This document shows positions 1 through 12,035 of a DNA stretch of 64,000 nt, one piece after another. The notes under the pieces are model-generated. The model had not been told where the DNA came from. It made no database searches and saw nothing but the letters and a program-made list of their open reading frames with translations. Origin of the DNA: Prorocentrum cordatum (taxonomy: Eukaryota). The stretch is taken from positions 2,294,001-2,358,000 of the forward strand of contig CAUYUJ010000001.1 in the NCBI GenBank assembly GCA_963575745.1. The letters are read 5' to 3'. Every line of letters begins with the position of its first letter. The first letter of the stretch is position 1. Position numbers and translations under genes: made by a program.

Positions 1-2
1 AT

Positions 3-125
3 GTTTTTCCCAACCATCCTGTGGTGTTGGGTCCTCGTTTTGAAGAGACGGTGCCCCGCGTTCCTCCTTCCTTCCTCCCGCTGCCCCCTCCCTCCCCCTT
101 GCCTCTGCCCTCCGCATGTCTCTGT
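3..125. repeat. Hairpin leader (TTTTT-CCCAACC..GTTGGG-TCCTCGTTTTGAA) plus pyrimidine tract preceding a satellite array
   Basis: Closely similar sequence recurs at 39737-39782 and 41323-41365, each followed by a pyrimidine tract and a tandem array. Confidence 0.75.
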
Positions 126-127
126 TT

Positions 128-1045
128 CGGCACATCCCTCACGCGTTCCGTGGCCCCATAGGGAGCTCCACCGAAGGCCCCAGTGGCAGGGTCCGCATGG
201 CGGCCCCGCATTTTGGCGCACCCCTCACACGGTTCGTGGCCTCATAGGGAGCTCCACCGAAGGCCCCAATGGCAGGGTCCGCATGGCGGCCCCGCATGTT
301 GGCGCACCCCTCACACGGTTCGTGGCCCCGCAGGGAGCTCCACCGAAGGCCCCAGTAGCAGGGTCCGCATGGCGGCCCCGCATTTTGGCGCACCCTTCAC
401 ACGGTTCGTGGCCCCATAGGGAGCTCCACCGAAGGCCCCAATGGCAGGGTCCGCATGGCGGCCCCGCATGTTGGCTTGCCCCTCACACGGTTCGCGGCCC
501 CATAGGGAGCTCCACCGAAGGCCCCAGTGGCAGGGTCCGCATGGCGGCCCCGCATTGGGGCGCACCCCTCACACGGTTCGTGGCCCCATAGGGAGCTCCA
601 CCGAAGGCCCCAGTGGCAGGGTCCGCATGGCGGCCCCGCATTTTGGCGCACCCCTCACACGGTTCGTGGCCCCATAGGGAGCTCCACCGAAGGCCCCAGT
701 GGCAGGGTCCGCATGGCGGCCCCGCATTTTGGCGCACCCCTCACACGGTTCGTGGCCCCATAGGGAGCTCCACCGAAGGCCCCAGTGGCAGGGTCCGCAT
801 GGCGGCCCCGCCCCATGTTGGCGCACCCCTCACGCGGTTCGTGGCCCCATAGGGAGCTCCACCGAAGGCCCTAGTGGCAGGGTCCGCATGGCGGCCCCGC
901 CCCATTTTGGCGCACCCCTCACACGGCTCGTGGCCCCATAGGGAGCTCCACCGAATGCCCCAGTGGCAGGGTCCGCATGGCGGCCCCGCCCCATTTTGGC
1001 GCACCCCTCACACGGCTCGTGGCCCCATAGGGAGCTCCACCGAAG
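128..1045 (+). repeat. Tandem satellite, 86-bp unit (89 bp in the last copies), about 10.5 copies
   Basis: Unit GCACCCCTCACACGGTTCGTGGCCCCATAGGGAGCTCCACCGAAGGCCCCAGTGGCAGGGTCCGCATGGCGGCCCCGCATTTTGGC; spurious ORFs recur every 86 bp. Confidence 0.97.
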
Positions 1046-1694
1046 ATGATGCCCACAATTGCGGTATTAACAATTACTTATGGTTGGGTCTTTCGCCAGG
1101 CTAATTTGAAGTCGGAATGTTCGTGTGGGCACGCATTGCATAACAGCTAGTGAATACGGAAGGGATTATGGAATGTACAGTATTGGGAGTTGCACTTTCG
1201 CAGTATTCTCAAATGCGTTTGGGTACGTCGGGGCTCCCGATTCCTCACCTGCGGGACCCCATGTGCGCCCCGACCGATCAGACACTGCAGAATGACTTAC
1301 GATTGGTGATCTTCGTCCTCCTCCTCCCCCATCACCCCCTCCTCCTCCATACCTGCTATCCTTCTTTAGTCCTCCCTCCTCCGTCCCCCACCGTCCGTCA
1401 TCCAGGTATCAGTGGTACCAGTTACTAGGAGTTGGAGACATGTGGCGTGACCGGCCAGAGCGAGAGCTTGAATGACATGTGTCCTTCCAGCGTTCGGCCC
1501 GTGTATGTCCAGGCGCAGTGATCCTCCACATTTGTAGCCTCCGTACGCTCCTCATGTGAATCCAGCCGTTTGTGTGCTTCCAGCTTCCCGGTAGACGCCC
1601 CTTTGCATACGCAGGCATGGTTGGCACGATGCGCAGAATTATCCTGGCGAAGGACACAACCATAAGGTAGTTGTGAGTACCGCCGTTGCGAGAA

Positions 1695-3180
1695 CCGGCT
1701 TCGGTAGAGCTCCCTACGGAGCCACGGAACGCGTGAAGGGAGCGCACAAATGGGGCGGGGCCGCCATGCGGGCGCTGCCGTTGGGGCCGCCCGCAGGGGG
1801 CGCGGAGGTCAGACGAAACAGGTTACATGCTGATGTAACCCGTTGCGGCTGACAGGCATCAGGAGAAGTGGGAGAAGACATGTGGGCGCATCCACCGGAG
1901 CTTTACGTGGAGCTTCCGTTGTGGCCACGAAGCGCTGGAGGGGTGTGCCAACGTGGTGGGTGTGTGGCGGCATGCGAACGCACCCATTGGGGCCTCAGGT
2001 AGAGCTCCAAATGGGGCCACGAAACGTTTGAGGGGTTTGCCAAACTGAGGGGGGGGGGCGACATGCCAACGCAGCCGCTGAGGCCTTCGGTGGAGCCCCC
2101 TATGGGGCCACGAAGCTTGTGATGGGTGTGCCAAAGTGAAGGGGGGCGGCATACCAGCGCAGCCACTGAGTCCTTAGGTGTAGCTCCCTACTGGGCCACG
2201 AAACGTGTGAGGGGTGTGCCAAAATGACGAGGTGGCGGCATGCGAACGCAGCCACCTGGGAGCTTAGGTGGAGATCCTTTAAGGCCACGAAGCGTGTGAG
2301 GGGTATGCCAAAATTGAGGGGGGGGGGGGGGGGGCGAACGCAGCCACTGGGGCCTTCGGTGAGCTCCCTGTTGGGCCACGCACGAAACGCGTGCGGGGTG
2401 TGCCAAAGTGAGGGGGTTGGCGGCATGCGAACGCAGCCACTGGGGTCTTCGGTGGAGCTCGCTATAGGGCCACGAAACGTGTGAGAGGGGTGCCAAAGTG
2501 AGGGGGGTGGGGCGGCCTGCGAACGCAGCCACCTGGGCCTTCGGTGGAGTTTCCTATGGGGGGCACGAAACGCGTGAGGGGTGTGCCAAAGTGAGGGTGG
2601 TGGCGGCATGCGAACGCAGCCACTGGCGCCTTCGACTGAGCTCCCCATGGGGCCACGAAACGTCTCAGGGGTGTGCCAAAGGGTCGGGGGTGTCGGCATG
2701 CGAACGCACCCAATGGCGCCTTCGGCTGAGCTCCCTGTGGGGCCACAGAACGTGTGAGGAGTGTCCGATGGTGGTGGCGGCATGCGAACGCGGCCACTGA
2801 GGTCTTAGATGGAGCTCCCTATGGGGGCCTCGAAACGTGTGAGGGGTGCGCCAAACTGAGGGGGGTGGCGACATGCCAACGCAGCTTCTGGGGCCTTAGG
2901 TGGAGCTCCCAATGGGGCCACGAAACGTGTGAGGGGCGTGCCCAAGTGATGGGGGTGTCGGCATGCGAACGCAGCCACTGGCGCCTTAGGAAGAGCTCCC
3001 ACTGGAGCCAAGGAACGTGTGAAGGGTGTGCCACAGTGACGGGGTGGCGGCATACCAGCGCAGCCATTGAGTCCTTGGGTGTAGCTCCCTATGGGGCCAC
3101 GAAACATGTGAGGGGTGTGCCAAAGTGAAGGGCGTGGCTGCGGACCAACGCAGCCACTGGGGCCTTAGGTGGAGCTCCAG
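1695..3180 (-). repeat. Diverged, inverted array of the same satellite family (units about 88-90 bp)
   Basis: GAGCTCCCTATGGGGCCACGAAACGTGTGAGGGGTGTGCCAAA is essentially the reverse complement of the core of the 128-1045 unit and recurs about 15 times. Confidence 0.9.
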
Positions 3181-3276
3181 GAGGAGGAGGAAGAGGAGGA
3201 GGAGGAGGACCAGTGCAAACCCGGGATGCATTAACGATGTTGAAATACACCCTCCCTCCAAGATCACTCTTCACAG

Positions 3277-3386
3277 GCCCCTACAAGAGGTCATTTCCGC
3301 TGAAGGAATTGCCCCTTTGGGGGACAACCGTGAGAACATTTTGCAGCGTGCCCAAAACACCAGTTCCAGGACTTCAACGCCACGAG
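3277..3386 (+). CDS. Candidate upstream exon of the PLC-like phosphodiesterase gene (PYKRSFPLKELPLWGTTVRTFCSVPKTPVPGLQRHE)
   Basis: CTCTTCACAG acceptor, GAG|GC donor, phase 0 compatible with the exon at 5227; no homology evidence. Confidence 0.3.
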
Positions 3387-3559
3387 GCAACCTGACTGTT
3401 ACGTCGTGGTGCTCCTGAGTCGTGCCAGGACACCGCTCCTGGAACTTCAACACCGCGAAGCCACGTAACTGCTGCACCCTGGCAACCTTGAGCCGCTCCA
3501 AAACATCATGTCTGGTACGTTAACCATGAGGATAGATAAATCGGCTGCAAATGTCTAAA

Positions 3560-3945
3560 ACGAAGATGCGCGGCGCTAAGGCGAGAGCCACAGTTTGGAA
3601 AGGAACCGCCCTCAATCCGTGAAGCTCTTGCACCCTTTTAAAACGAATGTGCGCAGCGCTCTGGCGAGAGTCACATTTTCAAAACCACCCGTCTTCAATC
3701 CGTTAAATGTTTGTAATTTGCTTCTACGAACGTGCGCAGCGCCAGGGCGAGAGCTACAGTTTGAAAACCACAGGTCTTCAATCCGTGAAGCCCTTGCATT
3801 TGTTCCATGAATGTGCGCAGCGCTAAGGTGACAGCTACATTTTGAAAACCACCCGCCCTCAACGCGTGAAACCATTGCAAATGTGTAGGACGAATGCGCG
3901 CGGCGCCAAGGCGAAAGCCACATTTTGAAAAACACCCGCCCTCCA
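3560..3945. repeat. Degenerate tandem repeat, about 83-bp unit, about 5 copies
   Basis: Recurring GAATGTGCGCAGCGC..GGCGAGAGCTACAGTTTGAAAACCACCCG..TCAATCCGTGAA. Confidence 0.85.
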
Positions 3946-4593
3946 TATTTGAAGCTGTTGTCATTGTTTAAGCATCCGCATTATAAATAGTGAGGAAACT
4001 CTGGCGAATCGCCCGGCCGCCCTTTCGACCAGCCTCGGGGTGCGACAGACGAGTTATCTGTAAGGAAAAGAGATGGAGGGGGCTGCGCGCGATGGCCTCG
4101 CGGGGCTGTGGATGGAGGACGGGGAGGAGGAGGAGGAGGAGGAGCAGGAGGAGAAAGAGCAGGAGAAGAAGGAGGAGGAGAGCACTCGACACGCGGACCC
4201 TACTGAGTACCCCATACTGGGGCTTCATCCGCGGCCTCAGTGGGTATGTTTGCATGTTCTGGCAGACTTTTCCCGTGGACCGCACCCAACAGGGGGCTGC
4301 ACCCACGGCCTCGGTGGGTGTTTTTGTACGTGGTCCCCCCCGCCAATTTCGGCATACTCTTCACGCGGACCGCACCCCACAGGGGGCTCCACCTACGGCC
4401 TCGGCGGGTGTGTTCGCATGTGGTCCCCCCGCCCATGCCTGCCGCTGCCACCACGTCACCACCTGGGCGGTGCGCGGACGCGGCCCTTGTTTCAACCCAG
4501 CATGCCGTTCATATGTCTCGTGCCCCATGGGGAGGGCACAAGATACGGCCCAAACGAGGGCGCGCGCACATGCGGTCCATTCGCTGAATCGGG

Positions 4594-4597
4594 CACG

Positions 4598-4629
<32 letters not shown>

Positions 4630-4679
4630 CACGTTGAGCGCACGGACGAGACGGGCTCCAACCTCTTCGAGGTCGAAGG

Positions 4680-4734
<55 letters not shown>

Positions 4735-4846
4735 TCACTTTTTGGCGCCGGGGCCCCGCGCGTAGCGACGAGGCGTGGAAAGTCAAGAGGCTAGAGATCA
4801 TAATGGCGGACGCACGCGGCCGGGCCCTCAAAGGAAGCGGCAGGGA

Positions 4847-4886
<40 letters not shown>

Positions 4887-4915
4887 TCGCGCGTGCGCAC
4901 GCACGCGCACGCGCA
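4594..4915. repeat. Cluster of three (CA)n microsatellites
   Basis: Direct reading: (AC)n runs near 4598, 4685 and 4849. Confidence 0.95.
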
Positions 4916-5226
4916 AGCATCACACGTTTCGCGCCCCACAGGGAGCCCCAGCTATTACCTCAGCGGGGCTGCGCGCGGGGTCTCGCGCAATTCGGCGCAC
5001 CTCTTGCACGTTTCGTGCTAGAGACACGGATGTGGCGAGCAAGAGAAGTAGCACATCGAAAGATAAGAGGACCCGAGAGGGTGAGAAGAGAGGAGGGAGG
5101 AATCGGGAGGAAGGAGCAGTTCGTGTTTAATCTAAACCGAGAACCAAACACTGGATGGGTGAGGCAAAACTACCCTATGCCCCCCTAGTGTTGGTCTTCC
5201 ATGGCGCAGCACGTCCCCTCCTCCAG

Positions 5227-5949
5227 GGTTTGTCACAACTTGTGGGGCGAATCTACGATTTTAATGTGCCGTCAGGTGAGTGCGCTATTGACAAGATGCT
5301 GCATCGAGGCAAGCTTGTATTAGAGTCCACCATTTGCAGCACATCGCTTTTTATTTGTATAGTTTGTGGTTTGGGATTCTACTTTGCTCGTGCGTCGTTC
5401 ATCAGCGGCCACGACGAACGTGCAGTTATCGGGTTGATAAAGAAGGAGACCAAGTTCGCTTCAGATGAAGCGGCTCACGACGGTGAGCTCGCAAGAAAGG
5501 ACATGAAAGCATGCGAGAGGTTCGCCAGAAGTTGGAAAGCCATTCCAGTGTATCTTCTGTTGGCAGCTCTTGTAGCTTTATTTGTCGTGTGGGTGAGCAA
5601 CCCTTCGTCCGTAGAGGTTGCCGACAGTGTTGACGATGATGCGGACGGGATTGCGAAGAGGGAGTTCTCTTGGTGCTACGAGTCTAATTGTTGCAATGGC
5701 CTGTCGTCGCTATGTTCGCGTCGCTACGACCAGGTCGTTCACGCCACGAGTCATAATTCTTACAGCAGCACTGCAGACGGGTTCAACTTGGCGAACCACG
5801 AACAGTCGTTCAAGGACTCGCTCGAGGCAGGCGTTCGCGGTCTCAACTTCGATTTGGTAACAGAAGTCACTGGCGTAACAAAATGGTGCCATAAGTTTTG
5901 CACGCTGGGCCAGATGGATCTTGCCGTGGCGTTTACAATTAGTCAAGAG
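5227..5949 (+). CDS. PLC-like phosphodiesterase (PI-PLC X domain-containing protein), exon with TM segments and N-terminal part of the catalytic domain
   Basis: CNGLSSLCSRRYDQVVHATSHNSYS...NHEQSFKDSLEAGVRGLNFD...WCH matches the CNG..LC...Y..V....HNS...L..GVR...D...CH signature of this family; CTCCAG acceptor at 5226, GAG|GC donor at 5950. Confidence 0.88.
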
Positions 5950-6089
5950 GCTTGCGCGATTCCGCTGGACCCAAGGCGAGGAGAGGAGATGTGCGCCCTC
6001 CGGGTTCGTATGTAGTGTTTGCCATTTCCCGTCGTGCTGCTTGCGTGTAGTTGTCACCGGTTCGTCCTCTTTCCTCCTCGTCTGTTGCG

Positions 6090-6482
6090 GGGCGTTTTGG
6101 GGGCCTCTCGGAGGGCTGGGGGATGGCCTCCTGGAGTTGTTGTTCAAGGCTCCCGAATCTGCGTGGGCCCTCTGGGGGCTTTTTGGGGGCCTCTTGGGGG
6201 TAAGTTGGGGGTCTTGGGGGCCATCTCGTGGGGGAGGCCTGCCAGGGCCCCTGTCTCTTGGGGCCTGCCTGAGGCGTTTATGCAGTCTCGGGGGCACCTC
6301 GGGCCGCCTTGGGGCCCTCTTGGGCCGCCTCCGGGCCCTCTGGGTGGCCTCTTGGGCCGTCTTGGGCCAGTCTGCGATGTCTTCGTCGTCCTCCTCCTCC
6401 TTCTGCTCCTCCTCCTCCTCCTCCTCCTCCTCCTCCTCCTCCTCCTGCTCCTCCTTCTCCTCCTCCTCCTTCTCCTCCTCCT
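6090..6482. repeat. Interspersed GGGCCTCTTGGG-rich repeat with (CCT)n tract, left part, split by the LINE insertion
   Basis: Same motif family resumes at 11522-11900 and occurs uninterrupted at 18110-18790. Confidence 0.7.
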
Positions 6483-6519
6483 TCCGTAGCCATTTTGGCT
6501 CAAGCCATTTTGGCTCAAG
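6483..6519 (+). other. Dinoflagellate spliced leader (22 nt) followed by a 15-nt relict SL
   Basis: TCCGTAGCCATTTTGGCTCAAG (6483-6504) matches DCCGTAGCCATTTTGGCTCAAG exactly; CCATTTTGGCTCAAG (6505-6519) is the canonical truncated relict. Confidence 0.97.
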
Positions 6520-6674
6520 TTGCCATATCCTCAAGGCAGCTGGCCAGGTCAGAGCAGGGCTGCTCCCGACTCGGCCCGCGACACAGGGGTCGGGGGTTGA
6601 CCCTTTTCGCGCACTGAGGCATTTTGCCACCCAAATTCTCTCTCCAGATTCGCGTCTCGCTTCCTGGCAGTGCA

Positions 6675-7760
6675 ATGGCCGCTGCCGAGGTATCCAATGC
6701 TCAGTTGCTCCAGGTTCTCGAAGGAATGAACGGCGACATGAACGCCATGAGGGACGACATCAAAGATGTCAAAGAGCGTCTCGCCGTTGCAGAAGGACTT
6801 GAGGAGAAGATTTCCGATCTCGAGCTCGCCATGGAGGGCAAGTTCGAAGAGGCCAAGAATGCTCACCAAGCCCTCGTTCTCGACATGGACCTACGAGTTT
6901 CTCGACTCGAGCATGCCCATCAAGAAGCCGCCACCAACGCCGCCTTCTTTGGCACCGAGGACGGCAACCCCACCGCCAAAAACGCAGGGCTCGAGATTCA
7001 ACGTCAGATGAATGAGAAAATGGCCAGACTCGAAGCGTCTCTTGCCGAACTCCAACGAGCTCCGTCCGATGCAGGCTCCGCTTCAACTCGGCCGCCATCC
7101 AAGTCTCGTCGCTTGGGAAGGGGCACCAGCGCTGGCTCCAGCGCTTCCGAGATCCCCGTGATCGACTTCGCCAACGACGAGCACAACCAGATCGACCCGA
7201 CCAGACGGTGGATCAGCGGTTTTCCTCGCCCAGTCACCGAGCCGTATAGGCGCACAGTCTTCAACCAGATGAAAAGCCGACTTCTTGCCGCCATCAGCGA
7301 AGGGATGACAGGACATTTCCACAAAGTATCACAAGCGTTCGCCGTCACCTTCAATTTCGAGCAGAAGGCCCGCGACTTCCACGACTGGTTCCTCGCGAAT
7401 CCCGTGACGTGGCAGGACTATCGCAACACCTCCCTTCATCCACTGCGCTGCCGCAGAGATATGCCGCTGCAGGCCCGCCAGAAGAACCGCGTCCTGAGCG
7501 CCCTCTGGCCGCTCGTCCGCAAGCACCTCGAGAACGCAGGCAAGTGGAGCCCGTCAATCAAGATCGGCACCAACCCGTTCAAAAGCGTGTTCAGTATCAC
7601 CACCGAGAATGACCATTGGGAGATCTTCAAGCTGTCCGACGCCCCTGGAGGCATGTACGAGCTGAAGCCGATTAGCGACCAGCTCTCCGAGTGGAGCATC
7701 ACCGAGACGACCGCCAACTGGATGGTCGAGCAGGCCCAGGTGTCCGTCCAGCAGTACTGA
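6675..7760 (+). CDS. LINE ORF1 protein (N-terminal coiled coil), intact, 361 aa
   Basis: Heptad-rich LLQVLEGMNGDMNAMRDDIKDVKERLAVAEGLEEKISDLE; lies directly upstream of the APE-RT ORF. Confidence 0.8.
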   Translation: MAAAEVSNAQLLQVLEGMNGDMNAMRDDIKDVKERLAVAEGLEEKISDLELAMEGKFEEAKNAHQALVLDMDLRVSRLEHAHQEAATNAAFFGTEDGNPTAKNAGLEIQRQMNEKMARLEASLAELQRAPSDAGSASTRPPSKSRRLGRGTSAGSSASEIPVIDFANDEHNQIDPTRRWISGFPRPVTEPYRRTVFNQMKSRLLAAISEGMTGHFHKVSQAFAVTFNFEQKARDFHDWFLANPVTWQDYRNTSLHPLRCRRDMPLQARQKNRVLSALWPLVRKHLENAGKWSPSIKIGTNPFKSVFSITTENDHWEIFKLSDAPGGMYELKPISDQLSEWSITETTANWMVEQAQVSVQQY

Positions 7761-7899
7761 AGTGACGCCAGCCTAGTATCGTGTGCAAATTTTCTGTATT
7801 TTCTCGCTTCTTCGCTGCCTCTGTCGCCCGAGTCTTCTGCTCATTGTTCGCCTTCTCTGTCGAATGCTGTTTTTGGAGCCCAGCCGCCTTCGCCTGAGA

Positions 7900-10800
7900 A
7901 CCCGGCCAGTTCTCGCCTCTCTTTTCCGCCGTCCCTGGCCAACGGTCGAGGTATTCGGATTGCTACATGGAACTGTCACACCCTGTTCGGCGCGGTCTCT
8001 GGGGACCACGACACTCAGGTCAAGACCTTCGATCGACTTACTAACCGAACTAGAGCAAACAATATCATTTGCTTACAAGAAACGCACGGCCATGAAGGGG
8101 ATCGCGAGTCGTTGCGTACCGAGTTCCCTGGCTATGAATATTTATGTACGTTCTGCCCCGACAGTCACGCTGGCGGGAACGCGATCATGCTTGCTCGCTC
8201 TCTTCTCGTTCTGCTTCCTCAACATCAACATAATGTGATTATTCCTGGGCGTCTCCACGCCGTCACCATCCAGTCCGACTCTTTCTCGCTCACCATCTTG
8301 AACCTCCATCTCGACCCGAGATGCCGCCACAGAGAGAAAATAGGGGTCCTTCGCCTGTGCGCCGATTTTTTTGCACACTGCCCAGGGCCTCTTCTTCTTT
8401 GTTTGAGACTTCAACTTTTGCGAGCTGGGCGAGGGTACCCAGCGAGTAGACGGCTCTGTGCAGATCAACAGCCACGACTCCCTCGCCCACAAGTTCTGGT
8501 CGCTATTGCCTAACGTTATGGAATGCTACCAAGAGAATCCGACCCACCACACCACTCGGAATGGGAATGTGATTAGTGCATCCAGGATCGACCGTATTTA
8601 TACCAATATGTTCACTGGGGATCTCTTGGATTTGAAACCGACCCCTGGGACCTCCTGGAATATTGGCAAAGCCGGCCTCCCGAGTGACCACGCCCCGGCG
8701 CACCTGCATCTGAACGGAGGCGGAGACAACCGCGCTCGGACCGTCGCCTCGTGGGTCTCTCGTCACCCTCTGTATCCGATCCTGCTCGAAAAGCTGATCA
8801 ACGAGCACGGGGTATGCGAAGATAATCCGCCGCTGATGGTTGAAGAGCTCACGCGCCTTATGCACGAAGCAGGCCGTCTCGTCCAGCATCGCCTTTCCGA
8901 GCTTCCGCCCAGCTCCGCCGAGCAGCATTTGCAGTGGCTGTTCGCGGTGAATCGCGCCATGCGGAGCCACAAGATAAGCACGCTGAAGAAGGCTGTCAAG
9001 GCCATCCCCGCGTTGCTCAACTTTCTCGACCCTGACAGTGGCACGCGGCACAACCAGTCAGCCTTTCAAGAGTATATGGCCAAGATTGCTGCCGCTCGGT
9101 ACCAAAAAGAATATGAGGAAATCATCGGACATACCACGGAATCCCCCCAGTTTCGCGAGCACCGAGCTGCGCGTCTTCAGAGATTGGCATCGGCCAGGTC
9201 TCCGAAGAATCGGAGAATATTCCTCGCGGGCATCACGGGTGCCGAGGGGAACGCTTTTCCGACTGCTGAGGCCGGGGCCCATGCTCTCGCCGCTCACTGG
9301 AGCCAAGTTCACGCCTCTGTTTCATCTCAGATTGCCGCGAGGGACCAGCTGGAGGAACATATTCAAAAAGTGAAGGGGGGCTCAGATTTGGAGTCTCTCT
9401 TAAGAACAGTTTTGCGGAGTTTTGGATCGGCTTCGCGATTCCGCCCCTGGCCCTGACGGGCTATGTTACCCTGCCTGGCCCAATGGGAACTTATTTGCTA
9501 GGTGGGCCGCCTACGCCATGTACCAGCACATCATGGATTTCGGCCAGGTTTCGGACGATTTCTACCTCAGCAACTCGGTCTTCCTCCCCAAAAGGTTCCC
9601 TGGACCGCGACGGATTCGAGCTCTGGAGGGCCCCTGAAATGACCCGTCCCATCTCCCTCTCCAACTCGATCAACAAAATTGTCGCTGTCGCGATCAACTG
9701 CCGCCTGAAAGAGGTTTGCGTGGACACCACTATTGGGACCCAAAGGGACTTCGTCAAACACCGTAACATGCTTGACACTCTGATTGAGTTCGAGACGCAC
9801 ATGGTCCTAGGAGCAGGTCTTTTGCGGCGACAGACTGCAGGCGCTATCCTGCTGGACATTAAGGCCGCCTTCCCCAGTTTATGCCATGATTGGATATTTT
9901 TCGTATTCGAGAAAATGAACTTTCCCGATTTGTACTGAATGCAATAAGGACGCTCTATGCCAAGGTTACCACCACCATTCTCCTGGGCGGGGTGTCTCAC
10001 TGCTCTTGTCGGATCCTCCGCGGGATAAAGCAAGGATGTCCACTCTCGGGAAGCGTATTCGCCTTGGGGTTCGATCCGATTTTACGATTGCTCTGTCTTC
10101 GGCTGCCCCGACCTGTCCATTTGCACGGTGCCTTCGCCGACGACGTTGCCTCCGCCGCCTTTGACATCTACATGGCCGTGCCCATTTTCATGAAAGTTAT
10201 GATGCTTGCGGGGCTCGCCGCTGGCCTCATCCCGAACCCCCAAAAAAAACGGTGATATTATTTTACCGCGACTTTAACACAGAGGAGGAGGAGAGGAAGT
10301 TCCAACGGCAGGGGATCAGAGTTCGGAGCTTCGGGATGTCCAAGTGTGCCAAGTATATTGGTGTGATGTGCGGGATCAGGGCCCAAGAGGAATATCGGGC
10401 CGCCCCGCTGGTCAAGTTTCGCGACCGCTGCCGCTTCATTAAGTCTTTGAAGTTAGGCCTGTCGATGTCTCTCGTGGCGTACAACCAGATTGCAGTCACT
10501 GTGCCCATGTACATCGCCCAGTTCTTTCCGCCCACGGCCGATTGCAGCTGGCAGGTGCATCTCGGGCTGCAGTCGTTGACATGTGCTCCTCGGCATGCCC
10601 TGTCTGATCACATGCTGGTGGGAATGAAGTCTCTCGGGGGAAAACTATCTCGGGCCAGGTCTCTCACGCGCGAAGCTCGGGCCGCTGCATATCGTGCTTC
10701 CCACGCCTCGTCGGTCTTTTTCGCCTGCATCGAGAAAATTGAGGACGCGTTCGATGACCCCGAATGCCATCTGGACGCTCATCTTCATCCCGCTTATACC

Positions 10801-11479
10801 AAGTTTTTCGTTTTAATGATGGCCCAGAACTATCGTGAGTTATCCAGAATCCCGTCCGCCCCCCACCGTCTTCGAGCGCGGGCTTCAGAAGAAAATGACC
10901 AAGCTTGTGCTCTCACATCAACCCCGGGTTCCGTTTCCAGAGCTCATCCTGAGGCGTCTCCAGTATTGGGCCTCGAGGTTTCCTGAAGTTGGCCAAGTTG
11001 GGGCTCCTGAAGCCCAACTGTGTTTCTCTCGGCAAAAAGTGGTCGGCCAGCATATTGCTCCCTTCGTTCAACTCAGTCTGCTGCGCGGTATATGTAACGC
11101 TTGGAATACCTCACGGAGATACCGCCAGGCCACTCTAGGATGCAGGTTCGGATGCCCATGTATTGCTGGTGACCAGATCGTGCATTACCTTGTCTGTCCA
11201 GCTCTTCTCGGAGTGATGCGTGCCAATCTGCCTAGGCTCCCACCGCGGTGGGGGGCGGAGGTGTTTGCTGGGCTCCTTCTTTTTTCTATGCCTCTCTCGT
11301 GCGATGAAATCGTCTCCATTGCCATAGCACACGACGTTCTTTTTAACACGTTTAACCAGCTCAGGTCCGAGGGGGCCCAAAGCACATCGCGAGCCATTCG
11401 GCTTGCTGCAGGCCGGTTCCGCCTTATGTGCCGACGGGGTGCCAGGGCGCGGTCTCTGGCGCGGCGATTGGGCATCTAG
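7900..11479 (+). pseudogene. LINE ORF2 (APE endonuclease, reverse transcriptase, CCHC), multiply frameshifted
   Basis: IATWNC, ICLQETHG, SRIDRIY, PSDH (APE); SAPGPDG, RPISLSN, LLDIKAAFPSL, GIKQGCPLSG, AFADDV (RT); CRFGC..DQIVHYLVC; spread over several frames. Confidence 0.92.
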
Positions 11480-11521
11480 CGATGTGGGCGCCTCGGATGA
11501 CCTGCCAGGTGGGATCGGGTA

Positions 11522-11900
11522 TCCTTCTCCTCCTCCTCCTCCCCTTCCTCCTCCTCTTCCCTCTCCTCCTCAACATCTTCCTCCTCGTCCTCTTCCTCCT
11601 CCTCCTGGGGGCACTCTCGTGCCATCTTGGGCTTGCAGACGCCCGAAAGGCGAGAGCGCGAGCATCAGTCAAAAACCCATCGGACATCAATGATTGATGC
11701 CTCCTGATGCCCTCCTGAGGGTCCTCTTGGGGCCTCTTTGAGCGCATTGGGGTCGTCTTGGGCCGTTCTGAGGCCATCTTAGGTGCTCTTGAGGCCTCCC
11801 CGGCGTGTCGGAGCCCTTCTGGAGCAGTCTCAGAAAGCATTTGGGGGCATCCTGGCGGCCGCGGAGCGTGGGTTTTAGGCTCCGAGGGCCCAGGATGTGC
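11522..11900. repeat. Right part of the GGGCCTCTTGGG-rich interspersed repeat interrupted by the LINE
   Basis: (CCT)n tract resumes, followed by the same motif family as 6090-6390. Confidence 0.65.
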
Positions 11901-12035
11901 GTTGATAAGCTCGCGGCCATCTCACCACCCTGTGCGTGCGACGCGGTTCTGGACCTCAGGGGACCGGGTAAAGGGAGAGGGGAGGCAGCCAATCTTCCCA
12001 CACGCCTTTTCAATCCCGACAAGCAGGGTCGACAG

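Larger units (their letters stand above)
6483..11521 (+). mobile_element. Full-length two-ORF non-LTR retrotransposon (APE-RT LINE) in an intron of the host gene
   Basis: Coiled-coil ORF1, ORF2 with APE, RT and C-terminal CCHC; possible TSD TCCTTCTCCTCCTCCT (6467-6482 and 11522-11537). Confidence 0.93.

Noticed and set aside
128..1045. CRISPR array
   Set aside because: Whole units repeat with no unique spacers; no cas genes; eukaryotic context
1..3274. Many overlapping 60-230 aa ORFs
   Set aside because: Translations of stop-poor GC-rich satellite units
5155..5226. ATG at 5155 as start of the phosphodiesterase gene
   Set aside because: Overlaps a diverged repeat leader; a good acceptor at 5226 suggests an internal exon
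6483..6540. SL RNA gene
   Set aside because: The leader is followed by a relict copy and LINE sequence, not a GT-initiated SL intron
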